A DNA stretch of 64,000 bases from Eledone cirrhosa. Its lineage: Eukaryota. The notes beneath the pieces were generated by a model. That model ran no database searches and was not told where the DNA came from. It saw nothing but the letters and a program-made list of their open reading frames with translations. The translations under genes were made by a program, and so were the position numbers. Shown here piece after piece: positions 58,251 through 64,000 of the stretch (position 1 is its first letter; the number at the start of each line of letters is the position of its first letter). The stretch spans positions 28,458,001-28,522,000 of the forward strand of contig OZ024745.1 of assembly GCA_964016885.1 (NCBI GenBank). Direction: 5' to 3'.

Positions 58251-58849
58251 AGTCATATACACAATTCTATAATCAACTTCAATATATGATAATTTCCTGC
58301 AATCAATAAATAAATCGCTAAACATCTTTGCTGCGTAGCAGCGGTAGAGAGAGGCGTATGGTATTATGGCGTGTCAAATTGATTTGGTGTTGGTGTGTGT
58401 GGACTGTATAGTGGAAAATGCAGGCTTAGCCATTTTCTTATTGCTGTCAGAGCAAGAAGTATAAGAAACTAGGTTTGTCAGCTTGCGAAACTGTAAGGTG
58501 AAACTAATTCACTTGAGAAGCCTTATGGTGTGTGTGTGATGGGGGGGGGGGGGGGGGGGGGGGGTCCTAGGTTCGGACAAGCATCCCATCATACTTCCCT
58601 GTCCGAACCATTCTATGATTTAACTTAAATGGCCAGTTTAATTTGAAACAATGTACCCTCCTCAGTGACGTAATTAATTTTATATTGAATATTTATATAC
58701 AACATAACGTATGTTAGAAATTCCATTAATTCTCATAAATCTCTGTTTTCGATAGATAAATATGGCTGCCTTTCAACTGGTGTATGGTCAATTAGCTGTG
58801 GAAGATCGAAAGGTGGTCTCTTATGTTTTACTGTGTACAAAAAGAATAA

Positions 58850-59065
58850 TGGTTTCTGATTTACGCAAAAGGCCAACAATTTTAGGGGGGAAGGGCAAAG
58901 TCGATTAAATCGACACCAGTGCATTACTGGTACTTTATTTTATCCACCCCATATGGATGAAAGGCGGGATTTGAACTCGGCGGGATTTGAACTCAGAACG
59001 TAAAGGGTCGTAACTCTATGCCACAAAGCATGTTGTCGGACGCTCTACCGATACTACCAATCCAC
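58850..59065 (-). mobile_element. SINE S1 with duplicated B box
   Basis: ggcgggatttgaactc occurs twice in tandem. Confidence 0.8.
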
Positions 59066-59301
59066 AAAAAGAATAAAACAATGTTTTTCATAACTATTTA
59101 TTTAAAACAGAGTTCTCAACCTTTTTTATCCTACTTCAAGCTTTGATCTTTAAAGAAAGCAGTGGACCCAAAAGTCGGTCTAGTATATATGACCCATTCT
59201 GATGTACTTTAACCCAGCAAAATATTGCCACAGCACACCTGAAGAAACCCTCGTTTCAATTGTGTCAGTGCAACCAATACTAGAGGCGAATTAGTGTGTA
59301 C

Positions 59302-59428
<127 letters not shown>

Positions 59429-59693
59429 CGTGTGGGCGTACTTACGGTAAACATGTTGACTTAATAGGGTTGTGTATGCAACACACACACCTATCAGTGA
59501 ATAATGATGCAATTCGATTTAAGCACTCAACGTTATGTTTTTTTTTTTTCGAAATGGATTTTGTATATATAAATATGTATATATGTATATATGTATATAT
59601 GTATCTGTGTGTATATATATATATAGTGATAAGCATTTCCGTAGAAAAGATAAAGAAAAGAAGAGTGCTCTATGTATAGTACAGAGCTATTCC

Positions 59694-59771
59694 ATTATTT
59701 TATCTGATGAACGGGCTAGACGTTTCCGCAAGAATCGTCTAGTTTCTTGAAACCTTTGGTAATTAAATAAT
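59694..59771 (+). ncRNA. Type I hammerhead ribozyme (GUA site)
   Basis: attattttat-CTGATGA-..ctagacg/cgtctag..-GAAAC-ctttg-GTA-attaaataat, in a TA-flanked insert. Confidence 0.65.
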
Positions 59772-59797
59772 TATATTGTTTTTTATTATGTAATTAA

Positions 59798-59894
<97 letters not shown>

Positions 59895-60309
59895 GGTGTG
59901 TGTGTGCGGGTGTGTGTGTATTTGGCACAACATATTCCTCTAAATTTCATTCATCTTATATTAATTAACAGTAGTGTGATATTCTCCGCATCACCACCAC
60001 CAACAAAATCAATACGACCAACAACAACACCGCCACCACCACCACCAACAACAACATCAACACCAACATCACCACAGACACCACCACCAACAGCAGCAAC
60101 ACCACCAGCACCAACATCGCCGCCAACACCGCCACCAACAGCAATAACCCCACCGCCGACTAGCCTAATTAACGTTATTTACACTAGTCGCTATAATGTT
60201 TGTCAATGTAGCCAATTATTATAAACTTTGCCAGTATTAGCTCACTATGTATAAGACCGATGGGATTAATTCAGAGAATATATATATATAAATATATAAA
60301 AATATATTC

Positions 60310-60380
<71 letters not shown>

Positions 60381-60385
<5 letters not shown>

Positions 60386-60881
60386 CAGGTACACATATAT
60401 ATATGTACGTATCAGTTTAGCGAACGTTTATTATAACGCCCGCTTTGTTCGTTTGTAAACAAGCGAACAGCCTGATTTATGCCATACGGTGTTAAGGCAA
60501 CCACGTCACCTTTTTGTTCAACACTGACACAGGAACGATGTACTAGTTTCAAGCTTGTTAGCTATCATCAGCACCGTATACCCTTCTGCCAGATAGTTGA
60601 ACGTTCGAAAGTATATACTTTCCTTATGAAAATTAACGGCTGAGGAAAGTATATACTTTCGAACGTTCAACTATCTGGCAGAAGGGTATACGGTGCTGAT
60701 GATAGCTAACAAGCTTGAAACTAGTACATCGTTCCTGTGTCAGTGTTGAACAAAAAGGTGACGTGGTTGCCTTAACACCGTATGGCATAAATCAGTCTGT
60801 TCGCTTGTTTACAAACGAACAAAGCGGGCGTTATAATAAACGTTCGCTAAACTGATACGTACATATATATATGTGTACCTG

Positions 60882-60943
<62 letters not shown>

Positions 60944-60997
60944 TGCTACTGTACGTCTGTATACATATATGTATGTACGTATACATACATACCTATA
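60381..60997. mobile_element. Family B fold-back: 244-bp arms 60381-60624 / 60643-60886 with two HHRs (60536-60576 -, 60691-60731 +)
   Basis: One mismatch seen between the arms; cggtg-CTGATGA-tagctaacaagctt-GAAA-ctag-TA-catcg. Confidence 0.9.
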
Positions 60998-61015
60998 TAT
61001 ATATATATATATATA

Positions 61016-61202
61016 ACGAAGTAAATGTGGTAAGGAACCAGATGGACCATAACGCACCAAAGTACTCAATACTTAGGGTAGTAGAGTGGGTAATAGGAAC
61101 GAGTAGGACCCCGACGGCTGAGCTCAAGCCGTTTCGACGGCTAATTCTAGTCCAGAATTAGCCGTCGAAACGGCTTGAGCTCAGCCGTCGGGGTCCTACT
61201 CG

Positions 61203-61205
<3 letters not shown>
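61016..61205. mobile_element. Family C fold-back, second copy
   Basis: 52-bp arms 61097-61148 / 61154-61205; same left junction as the 14866 copy. Confidence 0.8.
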
Positions 61206-61242
<37 letters not shown>

Positions 61243-61246
61243 TATA

Positions 61247-61582
61247 CGAGGGCAATCCCAAAAGTAAGGTCTCCTTCCGATATTGCAAAGAGACCATCCA
61301 GAGTGATCTGCTGATCTTTACGCATGTCTCCTCGGAAGAATACCTTACTTTTGAGATTGCCCTCTATATAATAACTGCACGAAATTCGCACTTGGCGGTA
61401 GCGTTCAACGGGAGCTCCATTCTCAGCGGCTGCCAAGCCAAGATTGAGCATCCTAGCGAAGCGTGCGCTTGCTTGTTTGGGAGTGAAGGAAGCACCAATC
61501 ACAACAGTGTTGCCAACAGCCGTACGAACAGCTTCTCTGCGTCCCCATCGCTTTGGAGACCTTACTTTTGGGATTACCCTCG
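61247..61582. mobile_element. Mariner-type MITE
   Basis: 28-bp TIRs cgagggYaatcccaaaagtaaggtctcc (one mismatch); TA on both sides. Confidence 0.9.
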
Positions 61583-61629
61583 TACATAGACCTTTACATA
61601 TATGCGTATAGGTATGCATATATATATAT

Positions 61630-62098
61630 ATATACGATATTAAACAAATGGAAACTATATTTATAAAACCATATTTATTTCATTATACATATTTCGGGGA
61701 TACCATATTAAAAATATGGCATGCCTTCTTCAGATAAAATACAATATATAAACAGTTTTATAAATAATTTTGACGTACCATAAATATTGAGCAACCGTTA
61801 TGTAGGAAGCCGGTTTGGTAGTTGACTACCAAACCGGCTTCCTACATAACGGTTGCTCAATATTTATGGTACGTCAAAATTATTTATAAAACTGTTTATA
61901 TATTGTATTTTATCTGAAGAAGGCATGCCATATTTTTAATATGGTATCCCCGAAATATGTATAATGAAATAAATATGGTTTTATAAATATAGTTTCCATT
62001 TGTTTAATATCGTATATCTACTCCAAAACTTGTCGAGTGCTTTATATCAGTTATAAAATATTTACTTGTTGTAACCCAACAATTTTAAATAAAACTTT

Positions 62099-62100
<2 letters not shown>
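61630..62100. mobile_element. Family E palindrome (193-bp arms, 2-nt centre) with HHRs at 61676-61741 (-) and 61906-61971 (+)
   Basis: Arms 61630-61822 / 61825-62017; homologous to about 40505-40655. Confidence 0.85.
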
Positions 62101-62168
<68 letters not shown>

Positions 62169-62479
62169 TATACATTTAAGTTAGACACCAGTAGGTGGAA
62201 TTAAATCCATACGCATAAACATTCTAAATATACAATTTAAAATACGTTTGGATCCTTAGAAACATCAAAATGCATAAAACTGCATCAAATTTAAGAAAGG
62301 AACATCTATGTTCTATTTGTTTTGTCACATTATGTTTTGTTTCTTTTCTGCAGAGGCCGCCATGTTGTTATAATTAATTTCTATAAGTACCTTGTTTTTC
62401 TTCTGTATATTCTTTAGTAACTGGCACTGTCTGTTTGCCTATCATCCTGCCTGACTGTCAATCTATAGTTCTTTACGTC

Positions 62480-62810
62480 TAACCCAGGTTCTGCTGCACG
62501 TCGGGCTGAGGAGGCCAAACTCCTCAAATACCGGTCGCTCTCCGACAGGTTTGCGGTTGTACCCTTGGCAGTGGAGACTTTTGGTGTCCTCAGCCCTAGG
62601 GCTACCTCCCTACTCACCACCATAGGCGCTGAGCTGGCCAACCGCAGGTGTAATCCCCGCGAGTTGGAGTGGCTTTTCCAGCGCGTCTCTCTTGCCGTCC
62701 CCTGGGGAAACGCCTTCTCCATTCTGTCCGCCGAGGCTGTGGGGAGACAAGCCGATTATATTACGTATTCTGTTGAATAGTCTTAAATACGTTTACTTGA
62801 GTTCAGTATA
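62480..62810 (+). mobile_element. CRE-clade non-LTR retrotransposon 3' end (restriction-like endonuclease region)
   Basis: AARRAEEAKLLKY...PLAVETFG...LFQRVSLAVPWGNAFSI. Confidence 0.7.
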
Positions 62811-62949
62811 TATACATATATATATATATATATAGTTACTTGTCTATATTTACCATTGTATCTATCTTCGGACAAGAACAGCAGTAACAGTAACAAAACT
62901 CAAATACCAATAGCAAAGATAGATTTGAATCTAGAATTAATAGGAAACA

Positions 62950-63540
62950 TGGAATTTTGTCTGATGCTTTACCGGTTCTGGAATGGTCGAATATATCGGC
63001 ACCAGTACTTGATTGGTACTTTATGCTATCGATTCTAGAAGTATGAAAAGCAAAGGTGAACTCAGAACATAAACAACCGTAATTAGGGCATTTCATCTGA
63101 CGCTCTAACGATTCTCCTAATCCATTAAAAATGGTTTCAAACTTAAAGAGGTCGCTAGCCATTGTCTGTAATGCTTTTGCAGTTTTTTTCCGCGGGGAGA
63201 AGCCCAAACACCACCGCACCCTTGGCCCAGAGCCCATCAACATCTCCCCTTCCCCTTCAGTTTCTTCTGTGATCCTAGAGTCCTTGATTTTCTCCTTTCC
63301 ATATACATTGATTGACACCTGTTGCGATGGAAGAATTCTCACCTCCACCACTCTCTAAAACTACACAATAAATAAAATTTGTTGGGAGAAAGTCGGTTAA
63401 ATCGACCACAGTACTTGACTGATACTTTATTATCAAGCCCCAAAGGATGAAAGGCAAAGTTGACCTCAGCAGGAATTGAACGCAGACGTAAATTAATACC
63501 ACAAGGTATTTTGTCCGACGCTGTAACGATTCTGCCAACC
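62950..63540 (-). mobile_element. Two diverged S1-related SINEs (about 62950-63120 and 63365-63540)
   Basis: ggatgaaaggcaaagttgacctc and gtactttat segments. Confidence 0.65.
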
Positions 63541-64000
63541 AATTATTATTATTTTGCATCGAATTTAATTGAATTAAATGTCGCAGAAAATTATTTACCA
63601 TTCCTTGTAAATATTAATTACGCATTTATGCAAGAAATATATTTTTGTCCATACCATTTTTACCGAATATAAACATCCGGTTTTTGTCCTTCAAGAATTT
63701 TTTTTTCCATTACTTTGTTGTTGTTTTGTTGTGCTATTGATAATATTCGTAGAAATTTCTGGAATCAGGAGTAATTTCTGTAAATAGGTTCCTTCCTCGG
63801 GGAGGAATTATACATTCCAGAACACTAATGTAAACAACAATAGTAACAGACGGAGATTCAGAACATCTCCTTGGGGAACACTCCATATTGATTCACAGTT
63901 GCTTGGCAATACACCAATAATTATGTAACCTATATACACATACACACATGTACATACGCACACACACACAGAGACACGCACATACACATATATATGTGTA

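Noticed and set aside
63830-63900. Minus-strand PQGDVL RT-like motif
   Set aside because: Too short and frameshifted to assign

Overview
Repeat-dense, AT-rich eukaryotic non-coding DNA. The microsatellite load and SINE/LINE families resemble a cephalopod (octopus-like) genome; this is an inference. Almost all ORF-track entries are microsatellite or minisatellite translations. The only plausible host-type ORF is a 225-aa coiled-coil ORF at 8525-9202. Recognisable TE debris includes CR1-type, RTE, L1/Tx1, CRE and Penelope (GIY-YIG) fragments, mariner pieces, a mariner-type MITE, a non-autonomous Helitron and two tRNA-derived SINE families. The main signal is a set of short elements inserted in (TA)n tracts that carry minimal type I hammerhead ribozymes (HHRs). 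By eye I count 17 motifs with an intact or U3:A8-compensated core, from about 10 sequence families. They show compensatory stem changes and mostly palindromic stem III regions, and they occur as tandem or permuted repeats and as fold-back palindromes. The best example is a 467-bp x 3.4 tandem array (13071-14647) with one HHR per unit, preceded by an octamer plus a conserved PSE-like motif. It is a candidate retrozyme/satellite-2-like circular RNA system, possibly mobilised by Penelope-like elements. All alignments and structures were read manually and no ribozyme activity is demonstrated.
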